The notes beneath the pieces were generated by a model that saw nothing but the letters and a program-made list of their open reading frames with translations, was not told where the DNA came from and ran no database searches. From Dehalococcoidia bacterium (lineage in GTDB: Bacteria; Chloroflexota; Dehalococcoidia; Bin125): DNA of 64,000 bases. Within the stretch, counting starts at the first letter, position 1. Each line of letters opens with the position of its first letter. The stretch covers positions 76,357 to 140,356 of the forward strand of contig DAOUKQ010000029.1 in NCBI GenBank assembly GCA_034421135.1. Reading direction: 5' to 3'. Positions 37,452 through 47,176 of the stretch are shown here, one piece after another. Both the position numbers and the translations under genes were made by a program.

Positions 37452-39422
37452 CTAGCCAGCAGCGGCCGCAGTGGCGTCCTGGCGGACCTTCTGCGCCACG
37501 TGCTCGGGAACCTGATCGTAGCGATCGAACTGCCAGGTGAACGTGCCGCGACCGCCGGTCATCGAGCGGAGGTCGGTGGCGTAGTGCAGGAACTCCGCCA
37601 TCGGACCCTCGGCGATTACGACCGAGGAACCCGGCGGTTCATCGGCAGGCTCCATACCCAGCACACGCGCGCGACGCGAGTTGAGGTCGCTAATGATGTC
37701 GCCGGTCGACGACTCCGGCGCCGTGATCCGGAACGTCTGGATGGGCTCGAGCAGGATCGGCCTTGCCGAAGACACGCCCTCCTTGAGCGCCTGAGCGGCG
37801 GCCAGCTTGAACGCCATCTCCGACGAGTCCACATCATGGTGCTTGCCGTCGAAGAGCACCACCCGAAGGTCGGTGAGCGGGAAGATACCGCGAGGCAGGG
37901 ATTCCACCACGCCCTTCTCGACTGCGGGAATGTAGTTGCGAGGCACCGCGCCGCCGACAATCTCGTCTGCGAACTCGAAGCCCTCGCCCCGGCCCCTCGG
38001 CTCGACGCGCAGCGCGACGCGGGCGTACTGCCCGCTGCCGCCCGTTTGCTTCTTGTGCAGATACTCGGCCTGGCCGGTCGAGGTCACGGTCTCGCGATAA
38101 GGCACGCTGCGATCCTTGATCTCGACCTCAACGTGGTACTTGCTGAACAGGCGTCCGGCCGAGAGCTGGACGTGCGACTCGCTCAGTCCGCTCAGAATCG
38201 TCTGGCCTGAATCCCGGTCGCGCTCGATCTGCAGCGTCGGGTCGCTCTCAACCAGCCGCGTCAGCGATGGACCCAGCTTGTCCACATCGGCCTTGGTCTT
38301 GGGCTCGACCGCCGCCGCGAAGATCGGCAGCGGCATCTCCGGGACCGGAACTAGCAGGCTTGAACCCTTCGTGCGCAGCGTGTTGAATGTGGTCGTCCGC
38401 TGCAGCTTGGTCACCACGCCGATATCGCCGGTCGCAAGCTCGCGCACGGTACTCAGCGTCTTGCCGGTCGCGCGCGACAGGCCGACCAGCCGCTCGTCGT
38501 CGCCGCTCTGCGCATTGTCCAGGTGAGCGTCGCTGCTAATCGAACCGGCCACGACGCGCAAGTACGAGAGCCGACCCACGAATTCGTCGGCCGTGGTCTT
38601 GAACACGAACGCCGCGGGCTCCCCGTCACCGTCGATGCCTTCGGCAATGGGAGGCGCTTCGGACGGATCGGGCAGTGCTTCATCGATCAGCCGCAAGAGC
38701 TCGGCGGAACCGATGCCGCCGACTGCCGAGTTCGGCAGTACCGGCGCGAGCGATCCGGCGAGCACCGCCGACTTGAGCGCCGCGCGCAGGTCGTCTTCCT
38801 CGATCTCCTCGTCTTCGAGGTACAGCATCATCAGGTCTTCGTCGGCCTCGACGATCTGCTCGATCAGTCCTTCGCGCCCTTCCGCGTCTTCGTCGCCGAT
38901 CACGTCGATCAGCTCGGTGAATGACGATTCTGAGCCGTTGGGCAGATAGAGCGGCTGGCACTCGGATCCGAGCACCGACTGGACAGAGGCCAGCGCTTCC
39001 TCGAAGGACGAATTGTCCCGGTCGAGCCGGGCAATCACCACGGCTCGAGGAATCCCGCGTTTGCCGGCCATTCGCCATGCCGTTTCGGTCCCGACTTGCA
39101 CGCCCGACGACGCATCCACCACCACGATCACCGCGTCGACCACGGAAATCGCCGCCACGAGTTCGCCGACGAAATCGGCGTAGCCAGGCGTGTCGAGCAG
39201 ATTGATCCGCGTGCCGTTGTGTTCCAGCGAAACCAGCGAAGTCGAGATCGACATCCCTCGCTGCTGTTCCTCCGGGTCGTAGTCGGCGATCGTGTTGCCG
39301 TCTTCCACGCGTCCCAGGCGCGTCGTCACCCCCAGGGAAAAGGCCAGCGACTCAACCAGCGTCGTCTTCCCTGCACTCTGGTGTCCCACCACTCCAACAT
39401 TGCGAACAGCCATAGCGAACAC
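37452..39422 (-). CDS. Elongation factor G-like GTPase (EF-G paralog)
   Basis: 656 aa; G1 GHQSAGKTT, G3 DTPGYADF, EF-G domains II-V recognisable; shorter than canonical FusA. Confidence 0.7.
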   Translation of the reverse strand: MFAMAVRNVGVVGHQSAGKTTLVESLAFSLGVTTRLGRVEDGNTIADYDPEEQQRGMSISTSLVSLEHNGTRINLLDTPGYADFVGELVAAISVVDAVIVVVDASSGVQVGTETAWRMAGKRGIPRAVVIARLDRDNSSFEEALASVQSVLGSECQPLYLPNGSESSFTELIDVIGDEDAEGREGLIEQIVEADEDLMMLYLEDEEIEEDDLRAALKSAVLAGSLAPVLPNSAVGGIGSAELLRLIDEALPDPSEAPPIAEGIDGDGEPAAFVFKTTADEFVGRLSYLRVVAGSISSDAHLDNAQSGDDERLVGLSRATGKTLSTVRELATGDIGVVTKLQRTTTFNTLRTKGSSLLVPVPEMPLPIFAAAVEPKTKADVDKLGPSLTRLVESDPTLQIERDRDSGQTILSGLSESHVQLSAGRLFSKYHVEVEIKDRSVPYRETVTSTGQAEYLHKKQTGGSGQYARVALRVEPRGRGEGFEFADEIVGGAVPRNYIPAVEKGVVESLPRGIFPLTDLRVVLFDGKHHDVDSSEMAFKLAAAQALKEGVSSARPILLEPIQTFRITAPESSTGDIISDLNSRRARVLGMEPADEPPGSSVVIAEGPMAEFLHYATDLRSMTGGRGTFTWQFDRYDQVPEHVAQKVRQDATAAAAG

Positions 39423-39543
39423 CCTCTCAGTCGGCTCTCAGCCAGCGTGCCGGATTCGACTCAGGTTAACGGATGCATCCGCCCGCGCCGCGATGGGACG
39501 CGGACCTGGCGAGGTTGCAATCCTTGAATGGTCGGCTAGTCGG

Positions 39544-40233
39544 CTACTCGTCCGGTCGCCGAAGTCGGCGCAACTCGGCTTCAAGCGCCTGCACCCGCGA
39601 TTCAGCCCAGATGCGCGCGTTGCGTTCATCCTCGAACGTTGCGATGTGGCGACCGGTCTGCGGGTCGTACCAACCGAGCTGGCCCGCTTCCCAACGGATG
39701 TAGAGGTTCAGCACCTCGCAGAACCCCTGGAGGTCGCCGTTGGGCAACTCTTCGAGATCGACCGGCACGTAGCGGCCATTGACCAGTCGGTCGCCTCCAA
39801 GACGCGCGCCGTGAAACCGGCCGGTCTCGTCGAAGCGCCAGAACTCCGGCACGCCAACGGATTCGTAGTAGACCCGCTTCGGCCCGATGTCCCTGCGTCC
39901 GGTGCTGGCCGAGGCGACTTCCATGACGAAGTCCGGCGGCTTGCCCTGTTCGCTGATCACGTAGGCATTCGTGAGCTTGAACGCCACGGGGTCCACATCG
40001 AACGCGACCAACAGGTCTGGAATTCGCAGACCCCTGGTGCTTCGCCTGAACTCGGGGCTGAGAAAGTGCTCTCCGGTCACGAGCGTCGTGTCCCGGCGTC
40101 CGAAGTGTTGGATCAAATGGTGCGCGCTCCCGGTCGCGGCCAGGTGATCGAACGTCGTCATGTCGTCCGCACTCCGATCAGGGTCGGGAAACGTGATGCG
40201 TTCGAGCGACTGCTTGTGCTTCGCGGTGGTCAT
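39544..40233 (-). CDS. Uma2 family (DUF820) protein, paralog 5
   Basis: 229 aa; PDFVMEVASASTGRRDIGPKRVYYESVGVPEFWRFD. Confidence 0.7.
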   Translation of the reverse strand: MTTAKHKQSLERITFPDPDRSADDMTTFDHLAATGSAHHLIQHFGRRDTTLVTGEHFLSPEFRRSTRGLRIPDLLVAFDVDPVAFKLTNAYVISEQGKPPDFVMEVASASTGRRDIGPKRVYYESVGVPEFWRFDETGRFHGARLGGDRLVNGRYVPVDLEELPNGDLQGFCEVLNLYIRWEAGQLGWYDPQTGRHIATFEDERNARIWAESRVQALEAELRRLRRPDE

Positions 40234-41954
40234 GCGTCCAGTCTACTCACCGAGAGATCAGCGATCTCCAACTCCGGACGGCCCCTGAGCCCTCGACGCA
40301 AGCGCCAGACCAGGTCGACCGACGAGCCGATCTCCGGCGCTGCCTTGCCCAATCGCCAGCCGATCGCCGACCAGCCTTCCACATCAAGACGCAAGTGATC
40401 GCCGTCCTGGCCGACGGTCTTGACGCTGCTCACCGCCACATCCTTGCTCAGGAACACCGGCGCGGGATTGCCCTCGCCGAACGGCGCCATGCGTTCGATC
40501 CAATGCACGACCTGGGGAGAGACCGACGGCAGCGGAACCTGCGCGTCGATTTCCATCTGTCCCTCAAGCGCCGCCCACGCGCCCGCCTCACCGGCGTCGA
40601 GCTGCTCCTGCGCCGACGCGTTGAACCGAGCCATGAGCGCCCCCAGGTGCTGCGGCGATGCTGAAAATCCTGCCGCCATGGCGTGTCCGCCTCCGCGAGT
40701 CAGCAGGTCGCGCGATCCATCAAGCATCCGGACCAGGTCGAACCCGGCCGCGCTCCGGCCCGACCCGCGCGCTTCACCGTCGACGACCGACCAGGCGAAT
40801 GCCGGCCGCGACCACTCGTCGGCGAGCCGTCCGGCGACAATGCCGACGATTCCGTGGTGCAACTCCTCGCCGCCGACGAACAGCACAAGCGGCGCCTGAC
40901 CCGCCGAGTCGAGCTGGCGGCGAATCTGTTCCTGCGCTTCGGTCATCGCTTCCGCAGTCAGCCTGCGACGCTCGTTATTCAGCCGCTCGAGCTGCGCGGC
41001 CAGTTCAAGCGCAGCCTCGCGCCCACGTTCCATCAGCATCCGCAGGGCCAGCGTCGCATCGTCGAGCCGGCCGGCGGCATTGATCTTGGGCGCGATCTGA
41101 AATCCAATCGTCTCCGTATCGACAGGACCGTTACTGCGCCTCGCTTGTAGCAACCGACGCAACCCGGGCCGCTCCGTCGCTTCCAGCGCTCGCAGCCCCT
41201 GGTGGACAATCCAGCGGTTCTCGCCACGTAGTGGGACCACATCGGCGACGGTCGACATCGCAGCCAGTTCGAGCCAGCGCCCTTGATCCGCCTCGACGCT
41301 CATGTGCTGCGCGACCGCATGCGCGAACCGGTATGCGATCCCGCCTGTGGACAAGTCGGCGAGCGGATGTCCGTTCGGCGCCAGCTTGGGCGTCACAATC
41401 GCAGTCGCCTTCGGCAAGTCATCGGCGGGTTCGTGGTGATCGAGGACGACGACATCCATGCCGTGTTGGTCCCGAGCCGCCGCGATCTCCGTCAGCGCCG
41501 TGATCCCGCAATCGGCCGTGATCAGCAAGCGAGCGCCGTCCCCCGCAAGCTGGGCCAGCGCCGCATTCTGGATGCCGTAGCCCTCACGCTCTCGATGGGG
41601 AATGAACGGCCTGGCATCGATTCCGATCTCGTCAAGCGCCTCGGTCAGGATCGCTGTGCTGGTGATGCCGTCGACGTCGTAGTCGCCATAGATCGCGACC
41701 GGTTCGCCGCGATGGGCCGCCAACGCGACTCGTTCGATCGCCTCGCGCCATTGGCCCAGGACCGATGCGTCGGCGGGTTGATACCACTGGGGATTGAGAA
41801 ATTCCTGCGCCGCCGGGACGGTGTCGATTCCCCGCCGTCTCAGCAGACGCCCGACGAATGACGGCGCATCCAGACCCTCGATTGGAGGAGCGTCGTGGGG
41901 CTCGGTGATCTGCCATGTCCGACCGAGCCAGCCGTCGGATCGCTCGCGCACCAC
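40230..41954 (-). CDS. recJ: Single-stranded-DNA-specific exonuclease RecJ
   Basis: 574 aa; DHH motifs (YGDYDVDGITSTAIL, ADCG, VLDHH), DHHA1 domain, C-terminal OB. Confidence 0.8.
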   Translation of the reverse strand: MVRERSDGWLGRTWQITEPHDAPPIEGLDAPSFVGRLLRRRGIDTVPAAQEFLNPQWYQPADASVLGQWREAIERVALAAHRGEPVAIYGDYDVDGITSTAILTEALDEIGIDARPFIPHREREGYGIQNAALAQLAGDGARLLITADCGITALTEIAAARDQHGMDVVVLDHHEPADDLPKATAIVTPKLAPNGHPLADLSTGGIAYRFAHAVAQHMSVEADQGRWLELAAMSTVADVVPLRGENRWIVHQGLRALEATERPGLRRLLQARRSNGPVDTETIGFQIAPKINAAGRLDDATLALRMLMERGREAALELAAQLERLNNERRRLTAEAMTEAQEQIRRQLDSAGQAPLVLFVGGEELHHGIVGIVAGRLADEWSRPAFAWSVVDGEARGSGRSAAGFDLVRMLDGSRDLLTRGGGHAMAAGFSASPQHLGALMARFNASAQEQLDAGEAGAWAALEGQMEIDAQVPLPSVSPQVVHWIERMAPFGEGNPAPVFLSKDVAVSSVKTVGQDGDHLRLDVEGWSAIGWRLGKAAPEIGSSVDLVWRLRRGLRGRPELEIADLSVSRLDA

Positions 41955-41993
41955 GATTCCGATACTCGTCCGATATCCCGCAGGCTCCGCGCC

Positions 41994-43235
41994 TCAGCCT
42001 TCCCAGCGCTTGAACACCAGACAGGCATTGTGCCCGCCGAATCCCATCGAGTTCGAGATTGCCACTCGCACCTCGCGTTCGCGGCTGACGTTGGGCGTGT
42101 AGTCGAGGTCGCAATCCGGGTCCGGGTTCTCAAGGTTGATCGTGGGCGGAATCACGCCTTCGACAATCGCTCCGACGGTCGCGACCGCTTCCACCGCTCC
42201 CGCCGCGCCGAGCAGGTGGCCGGTCATCGATTTGGTTGAGGAGATCGACAGACCGAATGCCGATTCACCGAACACGGTCTTGATCGCCATCGTCTCGAAC
42301 TTGTCGTTGAGCGGAGTCGAAGTCCCGTGCGCGTTGACGTAGTCGACCTCGGACGGAGAAATCCCCGATCGCTCCAGCGCCAGCGACATCGCGCGGACTC
42401 CGCCGTCGCCGCCTTCGGCCGGCTGCGTGATGTGGTACGCATCGCCGACCGAGCCGTAGCCGCAGAGTTCAGCCAGGATCTCAGCGCCGCGAGCAACGGC
42501 GTGCTCGGCGCGCTCGATGACCAGCACCGCCGCGCCCTCGCCCATCACGAATCCGTCCCGCTCGGCGTCAAACGGACGGGACGCCGCCGCGGGATCCTCG
42601 TTGCGTCCGGACAGCGCGCGCGCTGAGGCGAAGCCGGCCACGGCCATCTCACACAGTGGCGCTTCGGCTCCGCCGACAACCATCACGTCGGCCTCATTGC
42701 GCCGGATCGTCTCCGCAGCAAGCCCAAAGGCGTCGGCGGCCGAGGAACAGGCCGACATCGGCGCCAGGTTCGGTCCCCGAGCCTGCAGCGAGATCGAGAC
42801 CTGGCCGGAGCCCATGTTGGGCAGCATCATCGGCACCGCAAAGGGCGACACGCGGTCGGGACCGCGCGAATCGAGAATGCGGAACTGCTCCTGGGTCGTC
42901 GTGATCCCGCCGATACCGGTGCCGATCATCACGCCCACCCGGTCCGAGCCGCCGAATCCGTCGCCGTACCCGGCGCTGGAGGCCGCCTCCTGCGAGGCGA
43001 CAATCGCGAACTGCGAGTACCGGTCCATTCGCCGCGCATCCTTGCGCGCCATATAGTCCTCGGGCTTCCAGTCGCTCACCTCCGCCGCGATCCGAACCGA
43101 CAAGCGCGACGGATCGAAGATCGAGATCGTCTTCACACCGGACTGCCCGGCAATCAGCGACTCCCAGGTCGTCGCGGCAGTCGGACCCACTGCAGTGACC
43201 GCCCCCATCCCCGTCACGACAATGCGCTCGTCCAT
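41994..43235 (-). CDS. fabF: 3-oxoacyl-[ACP] synthase II
   Basis: 413 aa; active-site Cys (SACSSAA), HGTST, NSMGFGGHNACLVF. Confidence 0.85.
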   Translation of the reverse strand: MDERIVVTGMGAVTAVGPTAATTWESLIAGQSGVKTISIFDPSRLSVRIAAEVSDWKPEDYMARKDARRMDRYSQFAIVASQEAASSAGYGDGFGGSDRVGVMIGTGIGGITTTQEQFRILDSRGPDRVSPFAVPMMLPNMGSGQVSISLQARGPNLAPMSACSSAADAFGLAAETIRRNEADVMVVGGAEAPLCEMAVAGFASARALSGRNEDPAAASRPFDAERDGFVMGEGAAVLVIERAEHAVARGAEILAELCGYGSVGDAYHITQPAEGGDGGVRAMSLALERSGISPSEVDYVNAHGTSTPLNDKFETMAIKTVFGESAFGLSISSTKSMTGHLLGAAGAVEAVATVGAIVEGVIPPTINLENPDPDCDLDYTPNVSREREVRVAISNSMGFGGHNACLVFKRWEG

Positions 43236-43335
43236 AAGATCCCCCGTATGTTGTGCAAGCTCAGCCTACCCCGTCGGGGCGTTCAACATCATCGCCTCGC
43301 AGGAGTGCAACCTGAGTGGAACCCGAAGTCCAGTC

Positions 43336-43460
43336 GCCTCTCCCAGAGGAGACCTGCGCGTAAATCGCAGGGGCAGGCTTCTCCCGCCGGGAGAGGGGAT
43401 CAGAAAGAGACCTCGCGCAAGCCTCCTCTGAGCGAGGGGGCCGGTAGGGGTTACAGGCCA
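43336..43460. repeat. Family-B REP-like repeat copy (shares GCAGGGGCAGGCTTCTCCCGCCGGGAGAGGGGA with 29566-29600)
   Basis: Direct sequence comparison. Confidence 0.7.
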
Positions 43461-43478
43461 ACTCTCACACGGGCGATA

Positions 43479-43892
43479 TCAGCCGCCGGCGGCGGCTTGG
43501 CCCTGGAGATCGTGCTCGTACCACTCGGCGGTTTCTTCGCCGGGCTCGGGCAGGACCATCCCGCCCTCCATCGTCCAGCTCGCCGGTCCCTCGGTGATCC
43601 GACCGCCGAACTCGTCCGACGTAACCCCGGTGATGTCGCGGAACGCCGACATCAGGTCGTTCAGCAACTGTGCCTTGACTTCCTCCGAGCGTCCGGCGCG
43701 GTTACCGCCGTCGAGGAAGTAGGGAGTCTCGAACCGGTCATCCTGCTCGTCGAACACGACATGCACGAAGCTGCGCGGCGCGCCAGTCGATCCGCAGTGA
43801 ATGTCGGTGAACGCCTTCGCGACCTCGGCTCGCTGCTCGTAGGGCACCGAGTCTTTCGGTACGACACATCGGTAAAACGGCATCTTGGACAT
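43479..43892 (-). CDS. Tautomerase family protein (Tautomerase_3-like, Pro-1 after Met)
   Basis: 137 aa; N-terminal MPFYRC and ITxIHCxxTGAPRSFVHVVF pattern. Confidence 0.5.
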   Translation of the reverse strand: MSKMPFYRCVVPKDSVPYEQRAEVAKAFTDIHCGSTGAPRSFVHVVFDEQDDRFETPYFLDGGNRAGRSEEVKAQLLNDLMSAFRDITGVTSDEFGGRITEGPASWTMEGGMVLPEPGEETAEWYEHDLQGQAAAGG

Positions 43893-43937
43893 CCTCTCGC
43901 GCTCCGCTGAGCTACTGCCTCATGCTAACGGCCGGTC

Positions 43938-44264
43938 TCAGGCGTCGCGAGCCGAGACGACCAACTCGTCGACCGTGCAGCCGCTGGTCTCCATCCACAT
44001 ATCGCAGATGCGGCGCATCAGGTCTTCTCGCACATCCTGGGCGACCCCGCCGACAATGCTGCCGTTAACCAACGACGTGGTCGACGGCTCACCGCCGCGG
44101 AAGCCGAAGCCGGTTGGGATGTCTCTGAAGCTCACCGGCACATCGTCCGCCGATTCGCCGAGCACTTCTTCCGAAACTCGTCGGAGTCCATCGGCGAGCA
44201 ACGCCCGCGTCTCTTCAGGAATCTGCCCCTCCTGCATCGTGCAGCGGAAACTCACACGGGACAT
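43938..44264 (-). CDS. Hypothetical small protein (possible divergent tautomerase-like paralog)
   Basis: 108 aa; weak similarity in layout to the adjacent gene. Confidence 0.3.
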   Translation of the reverse strand: MSRVSFRCTMQEGQIPEETRALLADGLRRVSEEVLGESADDVPVSFRDIPTGFGFRGGEPSTTSLVNGSIVGGVAQDVREDLMRRICDMWMETSGCTVDELVVSARDA

Positions 44265-44280
44265 GGCGCCACTCCGTTCG

Positions 44281-44919
44281 TCACTTCCAGATACGTCTCA
44301 GGCTGACTTCAAGACCCTGACAGACATCTTCGCCACTGAGGGTATCGGGACGCTGAGCCTGCTCCGGTTCCTCATCTGGCCGGTAGATCGTGACGGTGTC
44401 CCGGAACGGGTCAATCAGCCAGCCCAGCAGCGCGCCGTACCGGAGCCATGCTTCCATCTTCGTTTGCTGTTCCTCAGGAATGTCGGTGGCCGAGACGATC
44501 TCGACAATCAACTCGGGACAGGCATCGAGCAATCCCTCATCGTCGAGGCTGCGGTCGCCCCAGCGTTCATCGCTGATCCACGCGACATCGGGCATCTGCA
44601 TCGATCCGTCGTCATGTCGGACTCCGAGTTGAGGTCCAAAGACCTGGCCCAATGAGGTCGACTCGCTCCAACCTTCGATCTGGAAGGCCGGTCGTATGCC
44701 GCGCCTGCTGCTGCCCGGACCGTCCGGCGACACAAACACCAATTCTCTGTCTGCAGTCAGCTCGAAATCCCAGGGCTCGTTGAGCCGCGCGAGTTCGATC
44801 AACGCCTGATCGGTCGGCTCCCAATCCGCCGGCAGCTTCAAGCGGTTCGAGACTGGCGGCGTATGCGGTTCGGGGAGCTGCAGGGCGTCAGTCCTGGGTT
44901 TGACAGGGGACGTGACCAT
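44281..44919 (-). CDS. Uma2 family (DUF820) protein, paralog 6
   Basis: 212 aa; PELIVEIVSATDIPEEQQTKMEAWLRYGALLGWLIDPFRDTVTIYRPD. Confidence 0.7.
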   Translation of the reverse strand: MVTSPVKPRTDALQLPEPHTPPVSNRLKLPADWEPTDQALIELARLNEPWDFELTADRELVFVSPDGPGSSRRGIRPAFQIEGWSESTSLGQVFGPQLGVRHDDGSMQMPDVAWISDERWGDRSLDDEGLLDACPELIVEIVSATDIPEEQQTKMEAWLRYGALLGWLIDPFRDTVTIYRPDEEPEQAQRPDTLSGEDVCQGLEVSLRRIWK

Positions 44920-44976
44920 TCGGAAGCCTCCTCGATCAAGGCTACAGATCGGGCCGGATCACGGACGAGTCCGCTG

Positions 44977-46668
44977 TCACTGCTGACCGCCGAGCAGTCC
45001 TTCCAGTCCGCCCCCCATTCCGGCGCCTCCCATCTGTCCGAGACCGCCCATGTCGCCCATTCCGCCGCCCAGACCTGCGCCGAAGCCGCCCAGCGATGGC
45101 GACTCGACCGGCTCCTCGCCCGCCAACGAGCGTGATGCCATGGCGATCTGCTCCGCTACGTCGCCGGCCGTGACGCCAATCGAGCCGTGCGCCCGCGCCG
45201 CCCGATTTCCGGCGTCGCCGTGCAGGTAGACGCCCAGGGTCGCCGCGTCGAAGGGCGACAGGCCTTGCGCAATCAACGCGCCGATCGCACCGCTGAGCAC
45301 GTCGCCGGTTCCGGCCGTCGCCAGAGCCGGCTGCGCAACCTCGGAGACTCGCGCGCGATGATCGGGCGTGGCGACAATCGTGTTCGCGCCCTTGAGCACG
45401 ACGTGGCAACCCCACTCGGCAGCCCGATCACGCGCGAGGGTGAGCCGCTGACCCTGCACGTCGTCGGTGGACAGGCCGGTCATTCGAGCCATCTCGCCCG
45501 GATGCGGCGTGACCACGACCGGTGCGACCGCGTTCGGCAACACCGACAGGTCTTCGCTCAACAGGTTGAGCGCATCGGCGTCGACGACGACGCCGTTCAC
45601 CGCCGCCACCTCTTCCGAGATCAAGAATCGGCGCACGAAGACGCCGCTGTGATCGTGCGTGCCGAACCCGCAGCCCAACACCACCGCATCGACGCTCGGG
45701 AGTTCGTCGCGGACCACTTCCCAGGCCGCGTGTCCGGAGATCACGCCCGGATCGTGCTCGGGAAGCGGGAGCAGCGTCGCTTCCGGCACGGCGGCGATCA
45801 GGTGCATCGCAATCGACTGCGGGGTGGCGATTGTGACGAGTCCCGCGCCGGCTCGGTACGCGCTGCGCGCCGCCAGCACCGCCGCGCCGGGATAGCGGGA
45901 CGAGCCGGCAATCACGAGCACTCGGCCGAACGTGCCCTTGTGCCCGTCCGACGGCCGGTCCGGCAACAGCGCTTTGGCCGCGCGCCGTTCCAACACCTCG
46001 GTCTGCAAGTCATCATCGAGCCCGGAGGGAATGCCGATCTCGACATGCTGCACCGACCCGGCAGCCGCGGCTCCGGGCTGCATGTACAGTCCAACCTTCG
46101 GTGCGTGGAAGGTCACCGTCTCGTCCGCCGCGACCGCCAGCGGATCGATCCGCCCGCTGTCTGCGTCCAGACCGCTGGGCAGATCGACGGCGACCAGCTT
46201 CGGCTTGACCGTGCGCGATCGCACCGCCGCCAGTCGTTGCATGATCTCGGCAAGATCACCGGTAATCGGACGCGACGATCCGGTCCCCAACAGCGCGTCG
46301 ATGATCGCCTCGGCCCCGGACAGCAGCGCCTCCAGCGCCTCGAAGTGCTCGTCCTCAGCCACCGTTCCGCAAGGCACGCCGAGCTCGACTGTCTGCGTCC
46401 ACTGCGCGTCCGAGCGTTCGCGCAGCGCGTAGACGCGCACTTGCGCGCCCCACTCGTAGAGATGCCGCGCCGCGACCAGACCGTCGCCGCCGTTGTTGCC
46501 GGGACCCACCAGCACGGCGATCCGCCGGTCTTCCAGCGAGCCAAGCTGCATCCAGATTTCCTGCGCCACGGCCAGACCGGCGTTTTCCATCAAGGTCTCG
46601 GTCGAGACGCCCGCCGCCTCCGCCCGCTGCTCCAGTTCGCGCATCTCCGCCGAGGTCAGCAGTTTCAT
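44977..46668 (-). CDS. nnr: Bifunctional NAD(P)H-hydrate epimerase / ADP-dependent dehydratase Nnr, with an unusual ~50-aa Gly/Met-rich C-terminal tail
   Basis: 563 aa; YjeF_N (VLVGPGNNGGDGLVAARHL) plus YjeF_C/carbohydrate-kinase (GTGDVLSGAIGALIAQG); tail GGFGAGLGGGMGDMGGLGQMGGAGMGGGLEGLLGGQQ. Confidence 0.8.
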   Translation of the reverse strand: MKLLTSAEMRELEQRAEAAGVSTETLMENAGLAVAQEIWMQLGSLEDRRIAVLVGPGNNGGDGLVAARHLYEWGAQVRVYALRERSDAQWTQTVELGVPCGTVAEDEHFEALEALLSGAEAIIDALLGTGSSRPITGDLAEIMQRLAAVRSRTVKPKLVAVDLPSGLDADSGRIDPLAVAADETVTFHAPKVGLYMQPGAAAAGSVQHVEIGIPSGLDDDLQTEVLERRAAKALLPDRPSDGHKGTFGRVLVIAGSSRYPGAAVLAARSAYRAGAGLVTIATPQSIAMHLIAAVPEATLLPLPEHDPGVISGHAAWEVVRDELPSVDAVVLGCGFGTHDHSGVFVRRFLISEEVAAVNGVVVDADALNLLSEDLSVLPNAVAPVVVTPHPGEMARMTGLSTDDVQGQRLTLARDRAAEWGCHVVLKGANTIVATPDHRARVSEVAQPALATAGTGDVLSGAIGALIAQGLSPFDAATLGVYLHGDAGNRAARAHGSIGVTAGDVAEQIAMASRSLAGEEPVESPSLGGFGAGLGGGMGDMGGLGQMGGAGMGGGLEGLLGGQQ

Positions 46669-46695
46669 CGTCTATCTCCAGGGATGTTCATCGGG

Positions 46696-47124
46696 CTACG
46701 GTCGTGGTCGCGGTTGACCCACCGCGAACGCGCACACCATGTTCTTCTCGTGGGTCAGGCTAATCTCGATCCGTTCGAGGCCGATCTCATGCGCGCGTTC
46801 CCGCGCTCCGCCGTGCAGGATCACGACCGGCTTGCCGCGCGCATTGGCCAGAATCTCGATCTCTTTCCACTTCACCCCGCGCACGCCGGTGCCCAGGCAC
46901 TTCATCACCGCCTCTTTGCCGGCGAAGCGAACCGCCATCTCCGCCAGCCGATCGCCGCAGTAGTCGCGTTCGCGGTCGGTCAGGATGCGCCGGGGAAACC
47001 GCTCGGGATGCCGCGAGAGCACGCTCTCGAACCGCTCCAGCAGCAACAGGTCTACGCCGCAAGTCAGGTCGCCGAACATCGAGATGCAGCCTATCAACGT
47101 CCGGCCCACAGCTCGCCTCTGCAT
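46696..47124 (-). CDS. acpS: Holo-[acyl-carrier-protein] synthase (4'-phosphopantetheinyl transferase)
   Basis: Core GVDLLLLERFE...AGKEAVMKCLGTG...ISLTHEKNMVCAFAV; start chosen at the internal Met (47124), the ORF-track 5' extension overlaps folD. Confidence 0.65.
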   Translation of the reverse strand: MQRRAVGRTLIGCISMFGDLTCGVDLLLLERFESVLSRHPERFPRRILTDRERDYCGDRLAEMAVRFAGKEAVMKCLGTGVRGVKWKEIEILANARGKPVVILHGGARERAHEIGLERIEISLTHEKNMVCAFAVGQPRPRP

Positions 47125-47176
47125 CGTGGGCAACCAATGCACACTCGCCCGGCCATGCCTGCCATACCCTGACCGC

